From the IMG/VR virus record IMGVR_UViG_3300032233_001607, positions 1 through 45,205 of that record: a DNA stretch of 45,205 nucleotides, one strand, 5' to 3'. The DNA is from a virus. Its lineage: Duplodnaviria > Caudoviricetes. A program made the position numbers and the translations under genes. Positions 1 through 9,279 of the stretch are shown here, in pieces (position 1 is the stretch's first letter; each line of letters opens with the position of its first letter). Below the pieces are notes generated by a model. It worked only from the letters and a program-made list of their open reading frames with translations. It was not told the DNA's origin and made no database searches.

Positions 1-855
1 CTCGTCTTTTACAATTAACTTCTTACCATAAGAAGGAATTTGTGGTAATACAATCGTCACGGGAACATCAGCACTTACTCCAATATAATCATCTACATTT
101 GATGCCTGATAGTAAGTGGTAATACCAGAGATATTTACAATTGTTGTGCCACCAACATCATTTGGATCAACAAACTCTGCTTGATTTGTTGTGGAATTCC
201 ATTGTAAAAATTTATTATTATAAGCACCAGAATTAGTTGCAATACCTACAACATCATCTAAGTATCTAAGTTTTGTTTCGCCACCTCCACCAATTGTAGA
301 AAGTTGTTGTTGAATACGAGAAAGGAAAGTGCTGTAATGTTTTTGTAAATCATCAAGTGTTGCAAACTTTTGATCCAGTGGAGTAATTGGATCTTGCTGA
401 ACTTTAGTATTTGATGGCTCAGCAAGAAGACCTAAAGATTTTTCAATTAATGTTGGTTCTTTAAGTTCTTCTTTATGGTCTTCAAGAATCTCAAGAACTT
501 CATCCAAAGATTCTTCAATTACATTCTCAATAATTTCTTCTTGTTCTTTGGGTGTCTCAGAATATAACCACTTTTCAAATGCCTTAACGGTCTTTTCTTC
601 TTGTATTTTTTTCTTTTTGGTTTCTTTTTTTAAATTGGATACTTCTGTAAAAAGAGAATCAAGACTGATACTTTCAATTAAAGATTTTTCTTCTATCTGT
701 TCTTCTACTTTCTTTTCTTTTTCTTTTTTCTTAAGCGCAGCAAATTCTCCAAAAAGAGAATCTAATCCTAAGTCACCGACTACAGAATTAAATTCCTCTT
801 TTTTCTGTTTTTTTTCTTCTGCAACCAGTTTAAAAAGATCAGATAGATCTGACAT
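1..855 (-). CDS. Partial ORF (runs off the left edge, >=285 aa): K/E-rich N-terminal region followed by a fibre/virion-like domain
   Basis: Absent from the ORF track. My translation from ATG at 855 is open to base 1: MSDLSDLFKLVAEEKKQKKEEF...LSTIGGGGETKLRYLDDVVGIATNSG...TIVLPQIPSYGKKLIVKDE. Starts 6 nt after the 862..1044 stop. Confidence 0.85.
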   Translation of the reverse strand, partial: MSDLSDLFKLVAEEKKQKKEEFNSVVGDLGLDSLFGEFAALKKKEKEKKVEEQIEEKSLIESISLDSLFTEVSNLKKETKKKKIQEEKTVKAFEKWLYSETPKEQEEIIENVIEESLDEVLEILEDHKEELKEPTLIEKSLGLLAEPSNTKVQQDPITPLDQKFATLDDLQKHYSTFLSRIQQQLSTIGGGGETKLRYLDDVVGIATNSGAYNNKFLQWNSTTNQAEFVDPNDVGGTTIVNISGITTYYQASNVDDYIGVSADVPVTIVLPQIPSYGKKLIVKDE

Positions 856-861
856 TATCTA

Positions 862-1044
862 TCACTCTTCCCCAGACTCTTCCCCAGATTCCTCTTCTTC
901 CACTTCTCCAAACATATTTGCTGCCGCCATTGGACGGAAAGCATCAATTCTTTCCGCAGATTTTGCAAAAAGTAAATCTTTAATTTTATCGCTAACGGTT
1001 GAAGGAGATTCGTCAGCTGCGATCATATCCAAAAGGTCATCCAT
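862..1044 (-). CDS. Small acidic prohead core protein (T4 gp67-like position)
   Basis: 60 aa with an E-rich C-terminus, directly downstream of portal gp20 as in T4-like head clusters. Late promoter at 1069-1076. Confidence 0.65.
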   Translation of the reverse strand: MDDLLDMIAADESPSTVSDKIKDLLFAKSAERIDAFRPMAAANMFGEVEEEESGEESGEE

Positions 1045-1068
1045 AGTTATGTTAATCAGTGTTTTTTC

Positions 1069-1076
1069 TATTTATA
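1069..1076 (-). promoter_or_regulatory. T4-type late promoter TATAAATA
   Basis: Exact TATAAATA on the minus strand, 25 nt upstream of ATG 1044. Confidence 0.8.
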
Positions 1077-2774
1077 TTAAATTTGTCCGCCCTTAGGCAT
1101 CTCTGCAATTTTTCCATCTGCTCTAGTAGATCCACCATCCTTAACTCCGTCAAGATTTGGTTCCATTACTGGTTGACCCAAATCCATTCCAGGTGCTGCA
1201 GCAGCATTTGGGTCCATAGGCATACCAGTCATTGGATCGACGGGTGCATTTGGATCAGGAATAATGCCTTCTTCTATTTCTTTCTTGATGAGAATATCCT
1301 GCTCTTCAATTTCAGTATCAGTTTGACGTAAAATTTTGCGTCTTATATAATCGAGTGAGAAATATTTTCCAACATATGGTTCTGCTTGTGCGACCATATT
1401 TAATCTTTCTGCAAGAAGTTCTGCATCCTTTAGTTCTGCAAAATGATTGTCATACAGGAAGTCATATTGAATATGTTCCTCCATAATATGCCAATCTTCT
1501 GGAGTAATAATGTTCTTGAGAAGAAGTTGAGTTTTCAGCATGTCATTAAACATTGCAGAAAATCTTTTTCTTAATCGTGCAACAAACTTACTAAATTTAA
1601 CTTCGTCACGCAGAATTTCTGAAGAACGACCAAGATTAAATCCACCTTCTCCGTCCATTCTTGATGGTGGAACATTCAAAGAACGATAGAGTTTCTTCTT
1701 GAAATACTCAATATCAGTGATTTCTCCAAGGTTTTGTCCGCCTGGGAGTGTTGTAATTTCTGTACCACGTCCACCTTCTCTACGAGGCAACCAGAAATCT
1801 TCAAGCATACTCATGAATTTTTTATCATCACGAATTTCGCCAGTGCTTGCATCATATACAAGTTTGTTGCGATAACGCATCATAACATCACGAAGATATT
1901 GTTCTGCCTTAACTTTAGGAAGATTACCAACGTCAATATAAAAAATACGACGTTCTGGAGCTCTTGATAATCTGTAGATAACAAGAGAGTCTTCAATCAT
2001 TCTTAATTGATTGAGTGACTTAATTGCTTTGTGAAGATATGAAAGTGTTGATCCCTTATTTCTATCTACTAGTCCAGAGGTGCAATATGTAATAGAATCC
2101 TTCGACATTTTTATCCCATTAGAACCACCCATCGAAGATGGGTTCCCTGTTGGGTAGGTCATTTTGGGATTGTAAATGAAATACTCTTCAATTTCTGGGA
2201 ATTCGTAATCCATTGGATTATCTGAATTCATATTTGACAGTCTATACTTATCTGTATCTTTTTTCTTTGCCTGCCTTACATAACGCATTTTCATTGCGTC
2301 AATGTATCTTAACTCCTTAATTCCATCTTCTGGTTTCTTTAGATCAATTACTTTATGGTAATATAAACGACCATCAATATACCAATTTCTGTATATTTCG
2401 TGTGATTTTCTATCAAAGTCTAAAAGTTCTAAAAGATATTTAAATTCTTTTCTTATTCTCTTTTTAATTCCGTCGCTTGCATTCAGATTTGAAAGTTCAA
2501 TTTCTATAGGACTATCATTTGTATCAGAAACAATTGCTTCATTTACAATATCCTCAATTGCACTGTCACACTCTGGGTGGAGTGCCATTTCTCTATATCT
2601 TTTTAATAAATCAAATTCTGTTCTGTAAACACCTTCAATGTCTACATAAGATCCAAAAAAACCACTACTCAAATAGTGGTCAGTCGAGTCCTCATTATTT
2701 TGAGGAACAGGACTAACCACACTTGGAGATACATCTTCAGTATTCTCAATAGAGAACCCAAATAATTTTGCCAT
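1077..2774 (-). CDS. gp20: Portal vertex protein
   Basis: Diagnostic motifs YRLSRAPERRIFYIDVGNLPK and EDFWLPRREGGRGTEITTLPGGQNLG. Lies after gp19. Confidence 0.98.
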   Translation of the reverse strand: MAKLFGFSIENTEDVSPSVVSPVPQNNEDSTDHYLSSGFFGSYVDIEGVYRTEFDLLKRYREMALHPECDSAIEDIVNEAIVSDTNDSPIEIELSNLNASDGIKKRIRKEFKYLLELLDFDRKSHEIYRNWYIDGRLYYHKVIDLKKPEDGIKELRYIDAMKMRYVRQAKKKDTDKYRLSNMNSDNPMDYEFPEIEEYFIYNPKMTYPTGNPSSMGGSNGIKMSKDSITYCTSGLVDRNKGSTLSYLHKAIKSLNQLRMIEDSLVIYRLSRAPERRIFYIDVGNLPKVKAEQYLRDVMMRYRNKLVYDASTGEIRDDKKFMSMLEDFWLPRREGGRGTEITTLPGGQNLGEITDIEYFKKKLYRSLNVPPSRMDGEGGFNLGRSSEILRDEVKFSKFVARLRKRFSAMFNDMLKTQLLLKNIITPEDWHIMEEHIQYDFLYDNHFAELKDAELLAERLNMVAQAEPYVGKYFSLDYIRRKILRQTDTEIEEQDILIKKEIEEGIIPDPNAPVDPMTGMPMDPNAAAAPGMDLGQPVMEPNLDGVKDGGSTRADGKIAEMPKGGQI

Positions 2775-2800
2775 AATTAATTTTAACTTCTGACCTTATC

Positions 2801-2808
2801 TATTTATT
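2801..2808 (-). promoter_or_regulatory. Late promoter-like AATAAATA upstream of gp20
   Basis: ATAAATA core overlapping the gp19 stop, ~27 nt before the gp20 start. Confidence 0.65.
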
Positions 2809-3394
2809 ATGCCTTGGAAGCGGTCTGATTTGAAACTAATTCGTAAGATTGAACTTGGAATTCAACAGTAAACTCTTCAATGGTGTCTGAAGAATCGTAT
2901 GAAAGATCAATTGCAGAGATATTAGTTGGGAAAATATCAATGAATTTGTATGTCTTCAGAATAGAATTATCGCTACCAGTATTGGATGTACTTGCTGGAG
3001 TAGATCCTCTGCCTAACTGATAGACAGTTGCATTAGACATATATGATGCGGGATTTGTTGCTCCAAGATTATTATCAAGTTTTGAAATAATTTGCATCCA
3101 AGATTCAAAAGCATTTCTGAGTGAGAAATCTTCATCATTAATGATCGTAACCGTCCAAGTATCAAAAGTTCTGTCTCCAGCAACTTTAAAAACTCTTCCA
3201 CGGAAAGGAACATCAATTGCTGCAATGTTTGAAGCAGGGAGAGCCGCTGCCTTACACATATAGGCAAACTTGTCGCTATTCCAACCAGTAACACCAGCTG
3301 GTGGAGTTGTTAGTTCAACCTCAAACAAGTTGGGGCGGGCGCCGCCACCAACCATAGAGGATTTAAATTGAGAGATTGTCTTGAGTCTAGTCAT
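2807..3394 (-). CDS. gp19: Tail tube protein
   Basis: GGARPNLFEV, FRGR..KVAGDRTFDTWTVTIINDEDF, FPTNISAIDLSYD...IEEFTVEF. GGAGG SD upstream. Confidence 0.97.
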   Translation of the reverse strand: MTRLKTISQFKSSMVGGGARPNLFEVELTTPPAGVTGWNSDKFAYMCKAAALPASNIAAIDVPFRGRVFKVAGDRTFDTWTVTIINDEDFSLRNAFESWMQIISKLDNNLGATNPASYMSNATVYQLGRGSTPASTSNTGSDNSILKTYKFIDIFPTNISAIDLSYDSSDTIEEFTVEFQVQSYELVSNQTASKA

Positions 3395-3414
3395 GATTAG
3401 TTACCTCCTTTTGT

Positions 3415-3422
3415 TATTTATC
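3415..3422 (-). promoter_or_regulatory. Late promoter-like GATAAATA upstream of gp19
   Basis: ATAAATA core in the gp18-gp19 gap. Confidence 0.65.
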
Positions 3423-3430
3423 AGAATATA

Positions 3431-5614
3431 TCAAACTGTACCAGCTACTTCTTCAAAACTTACACCAGTTCTTGTAGCAACAAAGGTAAGTGTTACATAG
3501 TTAATAGACTTAGCAGGTTTCAGATAGATGTCTGCTCTGAATTCGTTGTTATCAATAACATCAGGAGTGTTGTTTGTCGTGTCGCAAACAACGAGGAATC
3601 CGTAGAGACCTCTTTTCGCTTGAACATCACGAAGATATGGTTCAACAATGTTTCTAAAGTTTGCTCTAGTCAGTTCGTCGTTCAGTTCGAAGAGTTGAGC
3701 TTGTGCTGCTCTTTGTAGTGCTTGCTCGATAGTGAGGAACAAGCGACGAACGTTAATTCTGTCAAATGCGGATGCATAACCGAGAGCAGTCTTGTCACCA
3801 AAGAGAAGGGTTCCAATTCCAGGTTGAGTTACGATTGCGTTTACTCTCTGTGGATAGAGTTGGTCTCTCTGTGCTTTATTTGGGTTATATGCAAGTTTAA
3901 TTGCATTGTTGATAATTCCTCTTACCTGACCTGCAGGAGAGAACCAAGGATAGGAGACGATATTTGTGCGGCACATTAGACCGGCAACATCTCCGTTGCA
4001 AGGAATATATACAAATTTATTGTTAAATCTGTCATAGGTGTACTTATATCCACTATCAAAAATTGCGTATGATGAAGATGAAAGTGAACTGAAGAACTTG
4101 ATGAGGTTATTTGTCTGTGTTGTGGTATTAGTAATACCAATCAAATGTGCTCTATGTGGCGAAATTGTTGCCACACAATCCTTTCTAAGTTCTGCAATTG
4201 AAATTAGATAAGATGCTTTTGCTTGTGAATCTGAATCCGTGTCAAAACCAGGACCCATTATCAAGTAATCAACTTGAATCTCATCTTTGTTTGCAAATAA
4301 ATCATAAGAAGTAATGAGATCGCCAAGAGTTGATTTCATTCCACCATTTGCGGAATAATCAACACCACCACCTAAGGTATACGTTTTATTTCCAATTGCG
4401 CTGAATGTAACATCTTGAGCTTCTAATCCCCAGTTTCCATCTGCGATGGTAACCTTAGTGTAACCAGATACGCTAGTAAATCCAGTTGAAATCGGAGTAG
4501 TTCCCCAATAAGAATCGGCAGCACTTGAAGGATTTCCCCCAGCATAAATTTGTGAAGAATAATCTGCAAGGAACTGTTCGTACCAGATTTTCTGAGGAGA
4601 ATTGACTGCAGATACTGCATCAACTGCTTTTGACAAACCTACATGCTTCTCAATAATTGTACCTTGATTTCCAGTAATAGAACCTAGGTCATCAACAACT
4701 ACAATATGAATTCCGTCGTTATTCGAGTTACGCTCATCTGCATATTTGTTTGTCTTTGGTTTTGGTGCAATTGACTTCCAGTAAATGGTTACGTTTGTCA
4801 ATCCAAGAGTCTGATTATTATACCAATCAGAAACTGTAGAACTTGAGGAAGTTCCTGTTGTAATTCCTGAATTGTTTACAAACGAAACTGTTCCTCCAAA
4901 AAATGCTGATCCAGGAGAATTTTCTGCATAAGAAATAGTGCTAGCAGTTCCAGTACTTGAAACTCTTGCAACAATTTTTACATCAACTTGACTTGCGCCA
5001 CCAGCATCTGTTCTAACACCTGTAATAATGCCCTTAAGGTAACCATTAAATAGTGAAGTACTCCCACTACCTGCAATTACGGTATTGGAAATTGTTGTTG
5101 TTACGCCATTTCCGACGATAGCACCAATAGAACCTGGATTGGTTGATGCAATAGTGATAGTTTGGTCTGCTAAATCATCAATTACACAAACCTTCAAACC
5201 ATTCGCCCAAGAACCTGGATTCTTTGCAGCAAATGTAAAGTTATTTGCATCAGAATGATTTATTTGATAATCGTCGTAATTATCAATCTTAAGCGATGAT
5301 GTTGATGCAATGCCAACACCAGCATTCGCGTTGTTCAGTGTCGAACCACCTGTACGAACGACTTTGAGGACTCCACCATATGAAAGATATGATGATGCAG
5401 TCATCCAGTATTCATACTGAGAATCTATAGTGCTTGGCTTACCGAAAGTATTGATTAACTCTTGTTCGGTTGTAATGTCAATTGGATAATCAACTGGTCC
5501 AATTGGGAATGGTCCAGCAATTGCTCCAATATTATCTAAAACATTATCAGCTCTTCCTATAGTTAAATCAACTTCTCTGACGAGTACGCCTGGAGATAAT
5601 TGAGGAGTCGCCAT
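3431..5614 (-). CDS. gp18: Tail sheath protein
   Basis: N-terminal LSPGVLVREVDLT, PWFSPAG, GDKT...SAFDRINVRRLF, KPAKSINYVTLTFVATRTGVSFEEV. Confidence 0.98.
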   Translation of the reverse strand: MATPQLSPGVLVREVDLTIGRADNVLDNIGAIAGPFPIGPVDYPIDITTEQELINTFGKPSTIDSQYEYWMTASSYLSYGGVLKVVRTGGSTLNNANAGVGIASTSSLKIDNYDDYQINHSDANNFTFAAKNPGSWANGLKVCVIDDLADQTITIASTNPGSIGAIVGNGVTTTISNTVIAGSGSTSLFNGYLKGIITGVRTDAGGASQVDVKIVARVSSTGTASTISYAENSPGSAFFGGTVSFVNNSGITTGTSSSSTVSDWYNNQTLGLTNVTIYWKSIAPKPKTNKYADERNSNNDGIHIVVVDDLGSITGNQGTIIEKHVGLSKAVDAVSAVNSPQKIWYEQFLADYSSQIYAGGNPSSAADSYWGTTPISTGFTSVSGYTKVTIADGNWGLEAQDVTFSAIGNKTYTLGGGVDYSANGGMKSTLGDLITSYDLFANKDEIQVDYLIMGPGFDTDSDSQAKASYLISIAELRKDCVATISPHRAHLIGITNTTTQTNNLIKFFSSLSSSSYAIFDSGYKYTYDRFNNKFVYIPCNGDVAGLMCRTNIVSYPWFSPAGQVRGIINNAIKLAYNPNKAQRDQLYPQRVNAIVTQPGIGTLLFGDKTALGYASAFDRINVRRLFLTIEQALQRAAQAQLFELNDELTRANFRNIVEPYLRDVQAKRGLYGFLVVCDTTNNTPDVIDNNEFRADIYLKPAKSINYVTLTFVATRTGVSFEEVAGTV

Positions 5615-5648
5615 GTTTTTCTCCGTAAATCTCAGTTTATCTAGAAAT

Positions 5649-5656
5649 TATTTATT
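5649..5656 (-). promoter_or_regulatory. Late promoter-like AATAAATA upstream of gp18
   Basis: ATAAATA core 35 nt before the gp18 ATG. Confidence 0.65.
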
Positions 5657-5697
5657 AAAAATATACTTTACGGTGGGGAAATATGACGTGAGTATTT

Positions 5698-5928
5698 TTA
5701 CCAGTCTGGATATTTCCAATCGGAAGAAGATGGTTTCTTTTTTCTAGATGCATTTATTCTTTTTGACGTACATTCTTTGCATTCATAGGAAAATGAAGAT
5801 GCTACAGGACCTCTATCCTTACGAGTTCTATAAAAACCATCTGTCAAATCTTTTGTCTCATCACAAACTCTACATGTTCTATTGGAAAGTAGTAAGTGAC
5901 TAAGTTTTATTTGTTTATCTAGTTCCAT
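5698..5928 (-). CDS. Small Cys4 zinc-finger protein (76 aa)
   Basis: CRVC...FYR...SYECKEC plus a basic tail. ATG 5928 overlaps the gp17 stop (TAATG), so it is preferred over the track start at 5946. Confidence 0.8.
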   Translation of the reverse strand: MELDKQIKLSHLLLSNRTCRVCDETKDLTDGFYRTRKDRGPVASSFSYECKECTSKRINASRKKKPSSSDWKYPDW

Positions 5929-7577
5929 TAGGTCATATAGTCCCACATATGAGACATATCACCATATTCATCAACAAACCATCTATCACCATCAGTGTCA
6001 ACAAAACTTTCAGTTTCGGTTCCATCAGATACAAATCCAAATGGTGCCATATCCTGTTCTATTTGATTTTTCTGCTCCTCATATAATCTTTTTCTGACAT
6101 CTTGGTCGGTAAGTTCTTTAAAATAATCTTGAGCGACTAACCATGCATAAATGACAAGACACATTGCCAAATCATCATTACAACCTTCTTCTGCCTCAAA
6201 TGAATTATGCTTTTGAATAAAGGTTGTAAGTTCGCTGATGATTTCGTAATCATTTAGATATAATTTATCTTCCTCAATCATTGTTTTGAGGTTTAAGCAT
6301 CCAACTTTCTTTACTGTCTTAGACATCTTAACGCCAAGTTGAGTTTTCTTCCCAGAGAATCCTTGACCGACAACCTGTCCTGCCCTACCTCTCATAGAAC
6401 ACATTAAAAGATTGGTATACTCTAAATCATATTGAATAATACTTGCTACCTGATCACCAACGTCATTTACTTCACATAAGATATATGCATTATTATAACT
6501 TTTTGCTATATCATGAATAACGCTTGGAAAAAGCATTGGTTTGATTTCATTGTTCCTATACTTTGCAACTACTTTATGTGGGAACTGTGTTATGTCTACT
6601 ACTACAAATGCTGAGTAGTCACACCCAACCCCTCTGGCTACGTCTACAGTAATTAAATAGTCATGTTCGTCAATTGGGTCAACATATACATCTAAACCCG
6701 CGCTACGGGTCTTAGGATGGTCGTAGACGAGGGTTCTGAGTTTAGATGGAGCAATCAGGGTATCAACGGAACCAAGAAATTCGCATTCAAACTCAACCTT
6801 GAATTGTTGCTCTGATGTGTTTGCAATTGTTTGTGCTTTCCATGCCTCATCTCTTCCAGGAACTTCACTCCAATGAACGTCTGTTGGTACATATTCATTC
6901 TTACTTCTCTCCGCATCGTGCCACATGCGGTAGAAGTGATTCATACCATGAGGCGTTGAAACAATAATAACCTTCGTGCTCTTACCAGAAGAAATGGTAG
7001 GATAAACAGATGCAAAGAATTGATCTGCAATATGATTTGGAATGAACGCAAATTCGTCCAAGAAAATGACATTATAAGATCCACCACGAACAGCAGATGC
7101 TGATGTGGATGCAGCAAGAATTTTGGATCCGTTCTCTAATTCTAATGAACCTTTATTCCATGATAGAATGCCCTGCTGCATCCACTTAGGTAGATTCTCA
7201 TATGCCAGTTGTAATCTTGAAAGCAAATCTCTTGCAGTCGATGCTTTGTTTGCAAGAATTGCAATATTTACGTTGTCGTTAAAAACTGCATAATGAAGAA
7301 GGTAAGATACGCAGGTAGTTGACTTACCTGTCTGACGAGGCATCTTACAAATATTAAATCTATGATCATGGAAGTTTTGAATCAACTTCTCCTGAAATGG
7401 ATACATCTTGAATGGTTGCAATCCATGGTCAAGAGTAACAATTTGAATATAATTTTTAGCAAAATAAACAGGATCTTCCTTGCATCGCATAAACTCAAGA
7501 ATTTGGTCTTGAGTAAATTCGATAGAAGTATTTGCTTTTTTTAGATTGGGATTACCAAGATAAATGTCTTCAGCCAT
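5928..7577 (-). CDS. gp17: Terminase large subunit
   Basis: YLGNPNLK N-terminus, Walker A MPRQTGKST, Walker B IFLDEFAF, STPHGMNHFY, nuclease DVARG...DDL. Confidence 0.98.
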   Translation of the reverse strand: MAEDIYLGNPNLKKANTSIEFTQDQILEFMRCKEDPVYFAKNYIQIVTLDHGLQPFKMYPFQEKLIQNFHDHRFNICKMPRQTGKSTTCVSYLLHYAVFNDNVNIAILANKASTARDLLSRLQLAYENLPKWMQQGILSWNKGSLELENGSKILAASTSASAVRGGSYNVIFLDEFAFIPNHIADQFFASVYPTISSGKSTKVIIVSTPHGMNHFYRMWHDAERSKNEYVPTDVHWSEVPGRDEAWKAQTIANTSEQQFKVEFECEFLGSVDTLIAPSKLRTLVYDHPKTRSAGLDVYVDPIDEHDYLITVDVARGVGCDYSAFVVVDITQFPHKVVAKYRNNEIKPMLFPSVIHDIAKSYNNAYILCEVNDVGDQVASIIQYDLEYTNLLMCSMRGRAGQVVGQGFSGKKTQLGVKMSKTVKKVGCLNLKTMIEEDKLYLNDYEIISELTTFIQKHNSFEAEEGCNDDLAMCLVIYAWLVAQDYFKELTDQDVRKRLYEEQKNQIEQDMAPFGFVSDGTETESFVDTDGDRWFVDEYGDMSHMWDYMT

Positions 7578-7594
7578 AATATAACTCTATTGTA

Positions 7595-9250
7595 TTAGCA
7601 ATTCCAAGCTCTGAGTGATTTGTTAATTCTTGAATCGGGATCGTTTGCAGTTTTTGCTGAGGTTAATTTTCTCTTCATTCCTTTCATACGAGCACAAAAG
7701 GAATCTCTACGAGAACCACCTTCTGGTTGTGGTCTTTGTAGATTGCTGCCAGGATGTTCTCTCTCATAGGACTTACGCCCCTTTTCATTTAAACCACCCG
7801 ACTGTGACTTTCCTTCCTTTCTTTGCCATGCAGCAACCTCTTCAATATTCTCTTCACCAATTGTTTTATTATTCAGAAGATAATTTTTTGATTTGGAGTT
7901 TACGACCTGAATCAAAGGCATTCCTGGTTGAAGTGTTGAAACATTATATTGGAGAACTTGTGAACCAGGATATATTTTTTGAATCTCATCAGTCACATCC
8001 TTCCTTGACGGCATTCCTGTTTGTGGGAAGAACATTCTGATAGAATATGACTTTCCTCTCCAAGAAAGAATAACTGCAATAATATTTCCAGTTTCTGATT
8101 GTAGACGTGTCGTTTCACTTACCCGTTGCTTAAATCCCTTAATTGGTTCTGGTTTAATCACATCAATAAATTCTGCAAATGTATTTCCATTCAAATCTTC
8201 AATAGTTACATCTTCTTTCATTTTTTCTGCTGTTTTGCGTTTAGCAAACTGCATATAACTTTCGCCGGGTTTTAATTTATTGCTATAATTTGGAGTTGTC
8301 TTTGGTGAAGTGGATTGTGCTCTATCTTCTCTGGCACGCTGATTTGCTCCAGGTCCACCTAATTTACGATCTTGTTCTGGATCTGGATGCCAGAAATCCC
8401 CACCTTCATGAACGACTTCTTCCTTATATCCCTTTGCTTTAGGAACACCTTTTGAAGGAACGCAATTGGGAACAGGTTTTCCTGCTTTCTTTTTCATTCC
8501 AACTTGAGTATATCCTTTCCAGCAAGGATCTTCTTCTTGAAGTTCTCCAAGAATTTTATCGACAAGTCTTTCTTCTTTTTTAACCTTTGGAAGTTCTGTA
8601 GTTTTTCCTAACTTTCTTTTTGCCACATCTGCTTCATTTGAATTTGATGATGTAGTTAATGCTTCAATCTTTCTTCTTTTCGCTGCTACTTTATGTGCTG
8701 CAGGATTTATGGTGAATGATTCTTCCATTTCTCCACTTGCAATATAATCTGCTGCTGTATCAATATAGTCTGCTGCCTTAGTAATTTTGGATTGGACCCA
8801 TGCCTCCAAACTACCTTCACCCTTACCAACTTTCTTTTTAATTCTTTCCGCTGCCTTTACTAAAGTATCAAGTTCTGAACGTGCCATAGAATACTCATGA
8901 TCTTTCACAGAAACTTTATCCCATGCCTTTCCACCATAGGAACATTCTGAACGTCCCTCTCTTTTATCACAAAGGGGACAATATCTTTGCTCTTCGTTAG
9001 ATTCTTTTACATCTTTAAATTTTTTATGTTCTTTCTTTGCAGATGCTTCCATTTTCTTTAAACGTGTATAGTAATCAGGAATTTCGTCTAGATGTTGAAG
9101 AGCAATTTCCATTGCAAGTTTATGATCTTTAGTATGTTCGTGCTCTATTGGCTCTCCCATATCAAGTTGCTTTTGTATAAATGAAACATCTAAACGATGC
9201 TTCTGAGCAATTTGCTCCACAGTTTTAAATGGTTTTAATTGCTCGTTCAT
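7595..9250 (-). CDS. Modular 551-aa late protein (DUF5661-like N-terminus, DUF6321-like C-terminus); probable internal head protein
   Basis: MGEPIEHEHT..EIALQHLDEIPDYYTRL at the N-terminus and GGLNEKGR..RRDSFCARM..SRINKSLRAWNC at the C-terminus. Has its own late promoter. DUF names are from memory. Confidence 0.7.
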   Translation of the reverse strand: MNEQLKPFKTVEQIAQKHRLDVSFIQKQLDMGEPIEHEHTKDHKLAMEIALQHLDEIPDYYTRLKKMEASAKKEHKKFKDVKESNEEQRYCPLCDKREGRSECSYGGKAWDKVSVKDHEYSMARSELDTLVKAAERIKKKVGKGEGSLEAWVQSKITKAADYIDTAADYIASGEMEESFTINPAAHKVAAKRRKIEALTTSSNSNEADVAKRKLGKTTELPKVKKEERLVDKILGELQEEDPCWKGYTQVGMKKKAGKPVPNCVPSKGVPKAKGYKEEVVHEGGDFWHPDPEQDRKLGGPGANQRAREDRAQSTSPKTTPNYSNKLKPGESYMQFAKRKTAEKMKEDVTIEDLNGNTFAEFIDVIKPEPIKGFKQRVSETTRLQSETGNIIAVILSWRGKSYSIRMFFPQTGMPSRKDVTDEIQKIYPGSQVLQYNVSTLQPGMPLIQVVNSKSKNYLLNNKTIGEENIEEVAAWQRKEGKSQSGGLNEKGRKSYEREHPGSNLQRPQPEGGSRRDSFCARMKGMKRKLTSAKTANDPDSRINKSLRAWNC

Positions 9251-9271
9251 TAAAAAATACTATTCTGTTTA

Positions 9272-9279
9272 TATTTATT
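9272..9279 (-). promoter_or_regulatory. Late promoter-like AATAAATA
   Basis: ATAAATA core overlapping the gp16 stop, upstream of the 551-aa ORF. Confidence 0.6.

Noticed and set aside
548-1331. Plus-strand ORFs 548..1096 and 1059..1331
   Set aside because: They are antisense shadows (S/F-rich) of the K/E-rich minus-strand genes and gp20.
5928-7577. Intein or intron in terminase (also checked gp20)
   Set aside because: The ORFs are continuous and of normal length, with no splicing motifs.
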